Shown here piece after piece: positions 19,285 to 27,720 of a stretch of 64,000 bases of DNA. Numbering within the stretch: the first letter of the stretch is position 1; each line of letters begins with the position of its first letter. The notes beneath the pieces are model-generated. The model was not told the DNA's origin. It searched no databases and was given only the letters and a program-made list of their open reading frames with translations. Where the stretch lies: positions 1 through 64,000 of the IMG/VR virus record IMGVR_UViG_3300023202_000135. One strand, written 5' to 3'. The position numbers and the translations under genes were made by a program. The stretch is from a virus.

Positions 19285-19794
19285 CTAGGCTTGGTAGGTG
19301 ACGGTGAGTTCTTCGCCCACTTCGAGGAGGCCGTCGAGGTCGAGGCCGTTCCACCGCAGGCGGTCGAAGATGGCGCCGTCCATGACGTAGTCGACACCAT
19401 AGCGTTGGATGGGTGCTCCCGCAATCTCCAACACGACGTCAGTCGGCTCGATGGGGGTGGCGGTGAGCTGGATGTACTTGTTGTTGAGGTCCGTAACGGA
19501 GAGGGTGAAGAGGTCCACGACCCGGAGCCCAGCACCGGCCTCGAAGACTTTCCAGTCGGAGTTGGTGATACCGGGCCCGAGTCGGAACGTCTTGGGGAAG
19601 CCGCTCAGGAAGTTCCTGACCGTAACCAGCATGCCCTCGACCCGGAGATGGGAGGGGATGTTGTTCCGGTCCGTAGTGGTCTCGACCTGATGCAGGCCGC
19701 CCTTGCCGTCATCGCTCTCGAAGGGCGCGAAGACGTCCTGGTCGTCCGGGGCCTTGATCGGCGCCCCCACGAGGGTGCCCTTACGCTCAGCCAT
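19285..19794 (-). CDS. putative virion protein
   Basis: Packed within the structural operon; RVEGMLVTV motif. Confidence 0.6.
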   Translation of the reverse strand: MAERKGTLVGAPIKAPDDQDVFAPFESDDGKGGLHQVETTTDRNNIPSHLRVEGMLVTVRNFLSGFPKTFRLGPGITNSDWKVFEAGAGLRVVDLFTLSVTDLNNKYIQLTATPIEPTDVVLEIAGAPIQRYGVDYVMDGAIFDRLRWNGLDLDGLLEVGEELTVTYQA

Positions 19795-20491
19795 CGAGCA
19801 CCTCCACGTCGAGCGTGCCGAAGTGGACCGTGTCCGTCCGGTACGCGTAGTAGGGCTCGACGTGCCCCTCGCTGTTGGTGAAGTTCAGAGCTTGCTGGGC
19901 CCAGGCCGAGTGGGTGACGTCGTTGACGCGGAAGCGCGGGAGACCGAACGACTGCGGGAAGGCGACCCACACGTAGGCGCCTTGGCCGTCGATTCGGAAG
20001 TTCTTGAGGAAGTCGTCTCGGAACTCGTTGTTCGCGAGCGCCAGAATGTCGGCGGAGGTGAGCGTCGGTGACGCATTGACACCCCAATAGACCTTGTGCT
20101 TGAACAGCAGAGATGTCTGCGCTTGGTCAGTGTTCTGGCCGTCGTCGATGGTGAGCGTCCACGTCCGGTCGGACGTGGTTGGATCCGTGAAGAGGTGGCT
20201 CGTCGCTGTCGGCCCTACCGACCCGACTCCCTGGTCGATAGTTTGGTCGTTGACGTCTTTGTTTCGGGTCCAAGTCAATAGGACCGACGAGACGACGGCG
20301 CCCACTTCTGCGGTCCCGCCCCCCGAGAAGGAGAGGATCTCGGGGGCAATGTACTTCAACTCCTCCAGACAGTCTGCGATATTTTTGAAGTTGTCGTTGA
20401 GAGCCTGACCCGCAGCGCCGGTCAAGGGCTCGGGGACAACGATCTGAATATCACGACCGTCAATGGTCTTGTAGACCTGGAGGGTTGCCAC
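19787..20491 (-). CDS. putative virion protein (Ig-like)
   Basis: Beta-rich; lies within the structural operon. Confidence 0.6.
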   Translation of the reverse strand: MATLQVYKTIDGRDIQIVVPEPLTGAAGQALNDNFKNIADCLEELKYIAPEILSFSGGGTAEVGAVVSSVLLTWTRNKDVNDQTIDQGVGSVGPTATSHLFTDPTTSDRTWTLTIDDGQNTDQAQTSLLFKHKVYWGVNASPTLTSADILALANNEFRDDFLKNFRIDGQGAYVWVAFPQSFGLPRFRVNDVTHSAWAQQALNFTNSEGHVEPYYAYRTDTVHFGTLDVEVLDG

Positions 20492-20508
20492 TCACCGCCT
20501 CGCTGGGG

Positions 20509-20934
20509 TTAGGTCAGGGTGAAGATGCCGTCCGCGTTCCACTGGATCGTGAAGTCCGCGGCCGAGCTGCTCTTGTCACTGCCGAAGTCGATGTAGGCGA
20601 TCAGCGGCGAGGTCGAAGGCGTACCCGTATCCTTGTAGATCACGGCGTAGCGGGCGGTGACAGTGGCGTTGGCCCACACCACGTCGTCGGCGTCGAAGGC
20701 CGCGCGGTCGTTGGTGTTGTCCTGCGTGACCGTCGCATTGGCGAGGGTCTCACCGCCGGCCGTGTAGCCGGTGCCGCTGATCTCGTCGGCGCTCACGTCC
20801 GAGAAGAACGTGTGGGCGTCGATGTCGGGGGTGTAGGTGTTGGCGAGCAGTGCGACCTTGATCGTGTCGGTATCGAGGTCGATCGACGGGTTCTGGTCGA
20901 ACAGGCTCTTCTTGGCTGCGTTATAGACGGGCAT
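20509..20934 (-). CDS. small tail/virion protein
   Basis: DTIKVALL...EISGTGYTAGG...ARYAVIY; AAGGAG SD. Confidence 0.7.
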   Translation of the reverse strand: MPVYNAAKKSLFDQNPSIDLDTDTIKVALLANTYTPDIDAHTFFSDVSADEISGTGYTAGGETLANATVTQDNTNDRAAFDADDVVWANATVTARYAVIYKDTGTPSTSPLIAYIDFGSDKSSSAADFTIQWNADGIFTLT

Positions 20935-20970
20935 GTCTTCTCCTTGGTTAGGCGGGATGGACCGGAGGGC

Positions 20971-21792
20971 TCACGGAGCGTCTCCGGGGGGCAGTGCGAC
21001 GAGATGCGGTGAGGTCTCGCCACGGGCGATGTGGGCGATCCACGAGAAGTGGTCGTTGACCGCGTTTTCGACGTAGAGGCGGGCTTCGCGCGCGACTTGG
21101 GTGGCGCCGGTTCGCTTCTGATCCTCGAAGCTCGGCGCGACGGCCTTCCAAATCATATCACAGAGCGCGAATCGCTCGGGCCCTCCGGCCGGCTTTCCCG
21201 TCGCGGCGTCGTACTCGCCGCTGTTGGTGACGTAGGCTTGGAAGAACTGGTCGACCGGAACGGCGAGGTTTTGGATCTTCCGGGCTTGATCCCGGCACGC
21301 GGTAATGACGCGGGCGATGGCCGTGCGGACCTTGTTCTTGACGAAAATCGGGCGCGCCTCGTAGTCGTCTCCGCGGAGGCTGTCTTCGATGATGTGCGCG
21401 GACTCCCGCCGTATGTGGTGGAAGAACGACTCGTAGATCCGAATCGAATCCTCGACGCTCATCGTTCCTTCACTCTTCGACACGAGGTCACCCACGTTCC
21501 CGGACAGCGTCCGTAGCTCCGCAATGGTCCCGGACAGAACGCCTTCGAGACGCTCCATCCACGCCAGCGTATGCGCTGAGGTTTCGCGGTGCGCATCGGC
21601 AAGGTTGTTGAGCGCGTCGGAGTAATTCCGCGCGCGCTCCTTCTTGGCTGATTCGCGAGCCAGCTCGTGCTTGTGGTCGGCGCGTTTGTCCATCCACGCG
21701 AACAGCCTCCACGAGATGAGCCACAACACGAGAAGCGATGCGCCCCACCACTGGAGGTTCTGGAGGATCTCGGCCATATCGGACGGGTTCAT
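20971..21792 (-). CDS. membrane-anchored helical protein
   Basis: N-terminal TM segment WWGASLLVLWLISWRLF; ATGA overlap. Confidence 0.6.
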   Translation of the reverse strand: MNPSDMAEILQNLQWWGASLLVLWLISWRLFAWMDKRADHKHELARESAKKERARNYSDALNNLADAHRETSAHTLAWMERLEGVLSGTIAELRTLSGNVGDLVSKSEGTMSVEDSIRIYESFFHHIRRESAHIIEDSLRGDDYEARPIFVKNKVRTAIARVITACRDQARKIQNLAVPVDQFFQAYVTNSGEYDAATGKPAGGPERFALCDMIWKAVAPSFEDQKRTGATQVAREARLYVENAVNDHFSWIAHIARGETSPHLVALPPGDAP

Positions 21793-23900
21793 CGGTTGAA
21801 GAAGCCCTCCGAGTAGAAGCACTGTAGTTGCTCCGTGGTCCACGTGATGTCGGTGATCGACGTGCCGTGCTCATAGCTACCGATGTCCGACGAACCGGCA
21901 TTGGTCTCAATGTCCAGCCCGCTGTCGACGGTCGGGGAGATGACCGCAACGCTGCCGCCACCGCCAGCACCGGAGTCGTTGTGGTTGCCGCCCTCGTCGC
22001 CCGGCTGAGCGTTGCCGCCTTTGGCGTGCATGACGATCCCGCCGATCTGCTCGACGGTTGCCACGACTCGAACCGCGCCGCCACCGCCACCGCCGCTGGT
22101 ATGCGTGTTGTCCTTCGACCCGCTGGTCGCGTTGGCGTTGATCGACCCGCCCGTCATGGTCACCGTGCCATCGACGTAGATGTTGACCGCACCGCCGCCA
22201 TCGCCTCCGGAGCGGTCCCAACCGCCACCGCCACCGCCGGGATGCATCGGGAAGAGCCAGTAGTGTTCCGCGCCCCGTGCGCGGTTCACTGGACCGGCCG
22301 CGGAGTTGCCGCTGTCGAGGTTCCGCTGGCCGCGTCCTCCGCCCGTTCCGCCGCCACCGCCTGAACCGCCGGACCAGCCAAACTTAGCCCCGTTTCTGGT
22401 TGTATTACCCCCGTGACCCGCGTAGGAGGCCGGCTCGCGCACGTGACCGACAGACGGACGGTTGTTCACGTCGACCAATTCGCCTTCGTAGCTGAAATCG
22501 TCAGAATCGCTGTCCTGGATGAGACCGACGCGCGGGAAAGAGACCCCGCCGGACACAACGCCGTGCGTGCGTCCCCACTCACCGCCGTGGCGCGCCAATG
22601 ACGTCACGTTGCCAGACCCCTCGTCGAAGTTGAATCCGGCGGCGGTACTGTAGGTACCTCCACTGATGTCCGGCAGGGAGTACCGGCGCGCACCGCTGTT
22701 GTGGAACCTGGCTCGGATGTCGGCCGCGATGGTCGAGTCACTTTGCGCGTGGATCTTGATGATCGTGCCATTGAGCGACGAGCCCGCCGGTAGTGTTATC
22801 GCCGCCGCGGCTTCGAGTGTGAGCAGCTTCGCGTTGTTGTTGGTGGTGATGCTGGCCGAGGCCGCGGCGGTCAACGCGCCGCCGGCTACGATCTCGACGC
22901 CCCCCGAACCGACGACGTTCGCATTGACCTCGATGTTGCCCGTCGCTTTGATGACGACGACACCTGATCCGGTGATGGGCGAGTTGATGACGATGTTGCC
23001 CTGGCAGAACACGTAGATGTCGCGCGCCGGGTTCTGCGCACCACCAGCCACGTTGAGGTCCGCATCGAAGTGGAAAACGCCGCCGGCATCCAACGTGGGC
23101 GCAGTGCCGTCGAGACCCCCACAACCGCCGAGCGTCGTGCCGAGTTCGGGCTCCTCGCCGCCGCCAGGGCCAGTCGGGTTCTTCACGCCGGCCGACTGGA
23201 TAGCGATGCTGAGCGCGCCGACCTGCGCGTCGACATAGGCCTTGCTCGCTGCATCGGACGGGTTGGCCGGCGTCGGGAGTCCGGTAACGGTCGCCCCGCT
23301 GTCCATCACGAGATTGCCGGTCATCGTGTCGCCGGCCTTGTCCACCTTGCCGTCGACGTCCGCAGTGATGCTGGAGATAGCATTGTCAACGTAGATTTTG
23401 TTGGCCGCGTCGCTGTTCGCGGTCGGCGTGCCGAGGTTGATGCCCTTGAAGCCACCGAAGTTGAACGCCGCCGTCATGGCGAGGGTGCCGTCGCGGCGCA
23501 CGAAGTCGGACGTGATGTCGTTGATCTGCGACTGGAGCGCACTGTCACCAGCGTCGGTGTAGGCCTTCGTCGACGCGTCCTGCGGGCTGGTCGGGTCCGC
23601 GAGGTTGATGCCCTTGAAGCCACCGAACGGCAGTGCCGCGGTCATGGCCGCGGAGCCATCGCGAGGGAGGTAAGCGGGGTCCGTGGTGTCCCCGATCGCG
23701 TTGACGGCCTGGATGAGCTTGTTGGCGCGGTCGCGCAGGGTCAGCGTCCGCTGCCGCGACGCGTTGTGCTGTCGGTTCGCATCCAAGGGGCCGACGCTGT
23801 TGGTGACGGTGATGGACTGGAGGGACGGGAACTCCGTAGTAACATCGTTGCCGGTTTCGCTCGGGACTTCGGTGATCGGTACGTTCGGGATGGACACCAT
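21789..23900 (-). CDS. tail fibre protein
   Basis: Repeats RDG..AMT...FGGFKGINL..PT...DA..K.Y.D and a Gly-rich C-terminus. Confidence 0.75.
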   Translation of the reverse strand: MVSIPNVPITEVPSETGNDVTTEFPSLQSITVTNSVGPLDANRQHNASRQRTLTLRDRANKLIQAVNAIGDTTDPAYLPRDGSAAMTAALPFGGFKGINLADPTSPQDASTKAYTDAGDSALQSQINDITSDFVRRDGTLAMTAAFNFGGFKGINLGTPTANSDAANKIYVDNAISSITADVDGKVDKAGDTMTGNLVMDSGATVTGLPTPANPSDAASKAYVDAQVGALSIAIQSAGVKNPTGPGGGEEPELGTTLGGCGGLDGTAPTLDAGGVFHFDADLNVAGGAQNPARDIYVFCQGNIVINSPITGSGVVVIKATGNIEVNANVVGSGGVEIVAGGALTAAASASITTNNNAKLLTLEAAAAITLPAGSSLNGTIIKIHAQSDSTIAADIRARFHNSGARRYSLPDISGGTYSTAAGFNFDEGSGNVTSLARHGGEWGRTHGVVSGGVSFPRVGLIQDSDSDDFSYEGELVDVNNRPSVGHVREPASYAGHGGNTTRNGAKFGWSGGSGGGGGTGGGRGQRNLDSGNSAAGPVNRARGAEHYWLFPMHPGGGGGGWDRSGGDGGGAVNIYVDGTVTMTGGSINANATSGSKDNTHTSGGGGGGAVRVVATVEQIGGIVMHAKGGNAQPGDEGGNHNDSGAGGGGSVAVISPTVDSGLDIETNAGSSDIGSYEHGTSITDITWTTEQLQCFYSEGFFNR

Positions 23901-23963
23901 GGATCAGACCCTCGCCAAAGTGAAGATGTTGCGCCGGGTGTCAGTTTGACTACGGTTCACGGT

Positions 23964-24488
23964 ATGATCTGGATCCCGTGCCCTGCGTTCCCCGATTACG
24001 AAGTGTCCGACCAAGGAGACGTCCGGCGGTGCTGGGCGCCCAACGGACGAACCTCGATCGGGAAGGTGCTGTCCGTGAACTGGAGCGGAGGACGAGAGCG
24101 CCAGTACGGCAGCGTCCTGCTCAGGCGTAATGGTGCTTCGATCCGGAAGTACGTCCACCGGCTCGTGTGTGAAGCGTTCCATGGCCCCGTACCGTTCGAT
24201 GGCGCTGTGGTCGATCACATCGACGGGGACACAACCCGCAACGTCGCCAGCAACCTCCGCTGGCTGTCCAACGGTGCCAACGTCAGCCGCGGCGGCGCGG
24301 GGAAGCACCAGAACCACGCACGCGGCAGCAGCCACGGTCAGGCGAAGTTGACAGAGGCGAAGGTCAAGGCCATGCGGGAAGAGCACGCGGAAGGCGCGAC
24401 GTTCGCAGCGCTCGGCCGGAAGTTCGGCGTGAGCGGCGTGAACGTGGCTGCGGCGGTTCGGAGGGAGACGTGGATGCATGTCGATTAG
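23964..24488 (+). CDS. NUMOD4-HNH homing endonuclease (opposite strand)
   Basis: YEVSDQGDVR, VHRLVCEAFHG, DHIDGDTTRNVASNLRW and a C-terminal HTH. Confidence 0.9.
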   Translation: MIWIPCPAFPDYEVSDQGDVRRCWAPNGRTSIGKVLSVNWSGGRERQYGSVLLRRNGASIRKYVHRLVCEAFHGPVPFDGAVVDHIDGDTTRNVASNLRWLSNGANVSRGGAGKHQNHARGSSHGQAKLTEAKVKAMREEHAEGATFAALGRKFGVSGVNVAAAVRRETWMHVD

Positions 24489-25075
24489 GCCCTGCCCAGC
24501 GTCAGCAAATGGTCGAACTGGAGCGCGAAGCTCGCCGTCTTCGGCTGGCTGAACGTGGTGCGAGCCAAGAGCTGTCCGTCGAACGAGAACAACCCCTCCT
24601 CCGTGAAGGTGGTACCGCCGAAGTCGAGCTGGGGGACGACGGCGGAGAACTGCACGCGACCCGCGCTCGGGTAGGTCACGGTCATGGGCGGCACCCCGTC
24701 CACGGACCGCTGGAAAATGGCCGCGGCTTCGATGTCCGTGTCCCCGGGAGCCGGGGCGTTGAGAGACCCGATCGGGTCGGCGCCTAGCTTCATGGTGTGC
24801 CCGAAGGAACCGCTGACGCCGGGATCGTGGATGGTGGTCTCGGTGTAGGCCGTCGAGCCGATGAGCGGGCCGCCGTACCCCCCGGCGAACAGGCCCGCAA
24901 ATGCCTCTAACCCTATATCAGTAACGAGGTTAGTAGTGAGGACCAGAACCTCGGCATGCCGCGACCGCACGCACGCCGCGTGCTCGGACGGCGTGAGGAG
25001 GCGATCAACTCCCCGAGGGAGGCGCGTGATGCGAACCTCCCCCTTGATCGTTAGGGCCTGTGACCTCAGTGACAT
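24485..25075 (-). CDS. tail-collar/baseplate-associated protein
   Basis: NLVTDIG...TEEGLF...LLARTTF..K pattern. Confidence 0.65.
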   Translation of the reverse strand: MSLRSQALTIKGEVRITRLPRGVDRLLTPSEHAACVRSRHAEVLVLTTNLVTDIGLEAFAGLFAGGYGGPLIGSTAYTETTIHDPGVSGSFGHTMKLGADPIGSLNAPAPGDTDIEAAAIFQRSVDGVPPMTVTYPSAGRVQFSAVVPQLDFGGTTFTEEGLFSFDGQLLARTTFSQPKTASFALQFDHLLTLGRA

Positions 25076-25105
25076 TGCGTCATAGTCTCCGTTTGGCGGT
25101 GAGGA

Positions 25106-27268
25106 TCAAGCTGTGGCCACCACCACCGGGCGCGTCTCGACGGCCAGCTCGATAACGTCCGGGGTCTCAGTGACTTCGGGGTTGCCGCTCACGATCATCT
25201 CATCCCCCACGCGCAGGGAATCGCCGTCTCCGGTACCCGCCACCGGGATGTCGGTGGCGAAGAAGCGGATGGTAGCGAACACGGGGGCTCCGTCCCGTGC
25301 GAGAAGGTCGACAATGGTTTGCTTGAGGTCCGCCCCGTCTCCGAGAGCGACCACGTCGAGCGGCGACCCGTCCAGCTCGTTGAGGTGCAGGGTGAACCGA
25401 GAGCTTGGCCACCAGCCGGCCAGGGCGCCCGTCTCGATGTCGGGGTTGTGCGAGTAGTAGCCGTGAGGGGCGTCGAAGAACTGGATCCCTTTCTCGCCGG
25501 TAATGGCAAGCGGTTGGATGTCCTGGATCTCGGCCATCTCCGCGACGGAGATGGTCACGTTCCCCGCCGCGTCCGCGTGCACGGCCCCAACCGGGGCGTC
25601 GTCGAGGTCGGTAAAGTTGTCGGCAGCGTCGGTCTTTACCCAAATCTCCGTCAGCTCGGCCCTATAGTCCCGGTTGAGGGACAGTAGCTTGATGCCGAGA
25701 ACGCGGCCCTTGCTCCGGGCGATGGGTATGGTCTGCGCTAGCTCCTTGCGGCGCACATCGACAGGACGCGTCGCGTCGTCACGGAAGCCGTACTGAGCGG
25801 CGAGCGCTGGGAGGAACTCTTCGGGGGTCTCGGCGGGGTTGTAGGCGTCCTGGAGGCGGCGCATGTCGTAATGCCACGATGCGTGAGCACCGCCGATCAG
25901 CTTCGCGTAGTAATCGTAGATCCCGTCCGGGTCGAGGAGCGCGAAGAGCATCTGACCTTCAACCGCACGCTGCGGAAGGGTTCTGTACTCCAGCCATACC
26001 TCGGGGTCTTCGTGGTACCGGTAGAGGCAGTTGTCCGTAACCGCTTCCACTTCCTCGCCGTCCACCAACACCACGCCCCCGGCGCGCGGCACGAACCATA
26101 CCACCTCGTTGACTTCGGGCGGGCGGAACACGTACGTGAGGTCTTCGAGCAGAGTCCCCACGTACGCGCGGCGCGCGCCCGAGAGGTAGAACGTGTCGTT
26201 CGGATTCTCCACGAAGACGTTGCTCACCAGGAACGAGTCGCCGGGCTCCAGCTCGTCGATCCCTTGATTGATCGACTGAATGTCGATCGCACGGACGAGG
26301 AGCAGAGTGCTCGGACGGAAGCCGAGAGCAGCGGCGCGCTCTTCGGGGCCCGCGCCTTCGGCCGCGGCGAGGACGAAGGAGGCCGACGTCGACAGCGACA
26401 GTTGTTGGAACTGGCCGGGGATGTCGAACGTGCCGCCCCATACGTCCGTGCTGGTGTCGAGGAGCAGCTCATCGACAGGGATGTCGATGGCGAACTCGTA
26501 GTTAGTGTCGGTCTGGAGGTCCAGCTCGTTGACGTCGGGATCAAGGAACTGGTCAACGATCGGTTGGAGAACGTCGATCGTGAGGTTGATCGCGTCCGGT
26601 GAGGCGAGGGTGAATGCATCGACGACGGGCGCGAGAAGGTCGATCGCGAGGTCGATCGTGGCCGGCGTGATGATCGCGGCTTGGCCGACCTCCTTCGGCT
26701 CCGGCACCTCCATCGTGATCGTGTCGGTGCCGACCGGGAGCGTGACGCCGAACGCGATGAACGGTGCGGGCTCCCCGAGCGCGATATTGGTCAGCGGCGG
26801 GAAGGCGTTCGCCTTGCCGGTGACGGTCGGCGTCAAAACGTCAGCGGTGATGTTGACCGGCGCGCCGATCGGCACGACGACCTTCACGGTCGGCGCGGGC
26901 TCATCGGCGGCGATGTCGATGGTCGACGGCGTATCGACGTAGGGGAAGCTGATGACCGGGGCCGGGTCGTTGATCGCGAGGGCGTCAGGAGTCCCGGCAG
27001 GAACTACCACGGCGACGTTGGACGGCGGGTCTGCCATCGCAAAGTCGTCAGGCGTCCCAGCAGGAACCACCACGGCGGCGTTGGACGCGGGCTCGTTGAT
27101 CGCGAGGTCGTCAGGCGAACCGCCGTCGACGACCACGGCGACGTTCGGGGCGGGATCGTTGATCGCGATGTCTATGGTGGCCGGGGAGACCGTCACCGCC
27201 CCTGTCACGGTCGGCGTTTCGTCCGTGATGGTGAGGCTGGTCAGTGGCGCGGTGACGGTAGTGGCCAT
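25106..27268 (-). CDS. baseplate wedge protein (P2 gpI-like core) with N-terminal repeats
   Basis: NPAETPEEFLPALAAQYGF...SKG motif; about 20-aa repeats at the N-terminus. Confidence 0.65.
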   Translation of the reverse strand: MATTVTAPLTSLTITDETPTVTGAVTVSPATIDIAINDPAPNVAVVVDGGSPDDLAINEPASNAAVVVPAGTPDDFAMADPPSNVAVVVPAGTPDALAINDPAPVISFPYVDTPSTIDIAADEPAPTVKVVVPIGAPVNITADVLTPTVTGKANAFPPLTNIALGEPAPFIAFGVTLPVGTDTITMEVPEPKEVGQAAIITPATIDLAIDLLAPVVDAFTLASPDAINLTIDVLQPIVDQFLDPDVNELDLQTDTNYEFAIDIPVDELLLDTSTDVWGGTFDIPGQFQQLSLSTSASFVLAAAEGAGPEERAAALGFRPSTLLLVRAIDIQSINQGIDELEPGDSFLVSNVFVENPNDTFYLSGARRAYVGTLLEDLTYVFRPPEVNEVVWFVPRAGGVVLVDGEEVEAVTDNCLYRYHEDPEVWLEYRTLPQRAVEGQMLFALLDPDGIYDYYAKLIGGAHASWHYDMRRLQDAYNPAETPEEFLPALAAQYGFRDDATRPVDVRRKELAQTIPIARSKGRVLGIKLLSLNRDYRAELTEIWVKTDAADNFTDLDDAPVGAVHADAAGNVTISVAEMAEIQDIQPLAITGEKGIQFFDAPHGYYSHNPDIETGALAGWWPSSRFTLHLNELDGSPLDVVALGDGADLKQTIVDLLARDGAPVFATIRFFATDIPVAGTGDGDSLRVGDEMIVSGNPEVTETPDVIELAVETRPVVVATA
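26950..27190. repeat. about four degenerate 60-nt tandem repeats
   Basis: Units encode VVV..GTPD..AINDP.PNV. Confidence 0.7.
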
Positions 27269-27290
27269 GAGCCGGGATCCTTACGCGGAA

Positions 27291-27716
27291 TCAGATAGCC
27301 TTGATGGTGGTGTCGCGGACCGTGATCGTCTCGCCCGCGCCGATGGAGACCGCACCGCCCGGTCGCGGGAACCACGCCAGAACGTTACCGGAGCCGTCCG
27401 CTATGTAGGCGCCTGCGACGTTGGCGATTGTGCCGCCAGAGGCCTGGAACTGCGGGTCCACGCCGCCGGGCTTGAGGACCACCTGCTCGTTACCGCCATC
27501 GAGGCTACTCACCCAATCGCTCTCGCTGATGGCGATACCGCCGGTCGAGTAGCCATTGCCGTCAGGGACTTCGACGAAGCCTGTCCCATCCTTGCTGGGC
27601 GTCGATGAGGAGGTGTAGAGGCGTAGTGAGGTCGCGATGCCGACGATGCCGTCGCCCGCTCCGGCCTCGACGCCGAGAGCGATTCGCTGACCGAGGTTCG
27701 TGGTGTTGTTCGCCAT
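27291..27716 (-). CDS. small tail/virion protein, distant paralogue of 20509-20934
   Basis: EVPDGNGYSTGG compared with EISGTGYTAGG; both are 141 aa. Confidence 0.6.
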   Translation of the reverse strand: MANNTTNLGQRIALGVEAGAGDGIVGIATSLRLYTSSSTPSKDGTGFVEVPDGNGYSTGGIAISESDWVSSLDGGNEQVVLKPGGVDPQFQASGGTIANVAGAYIADGSGNVLAWFPRPGGAVSIGAGETITVRDTTIKAI

Positions 27717-27720
27717 GGGA

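Noticed and set aside
23432-23627. 28-nt direct repeat as CRISPR or DGR template/variable repeats
   Set aside because: Only two copies, both in-frame fibre protein repeats; no cas or reverse transcriptase gene in the window.
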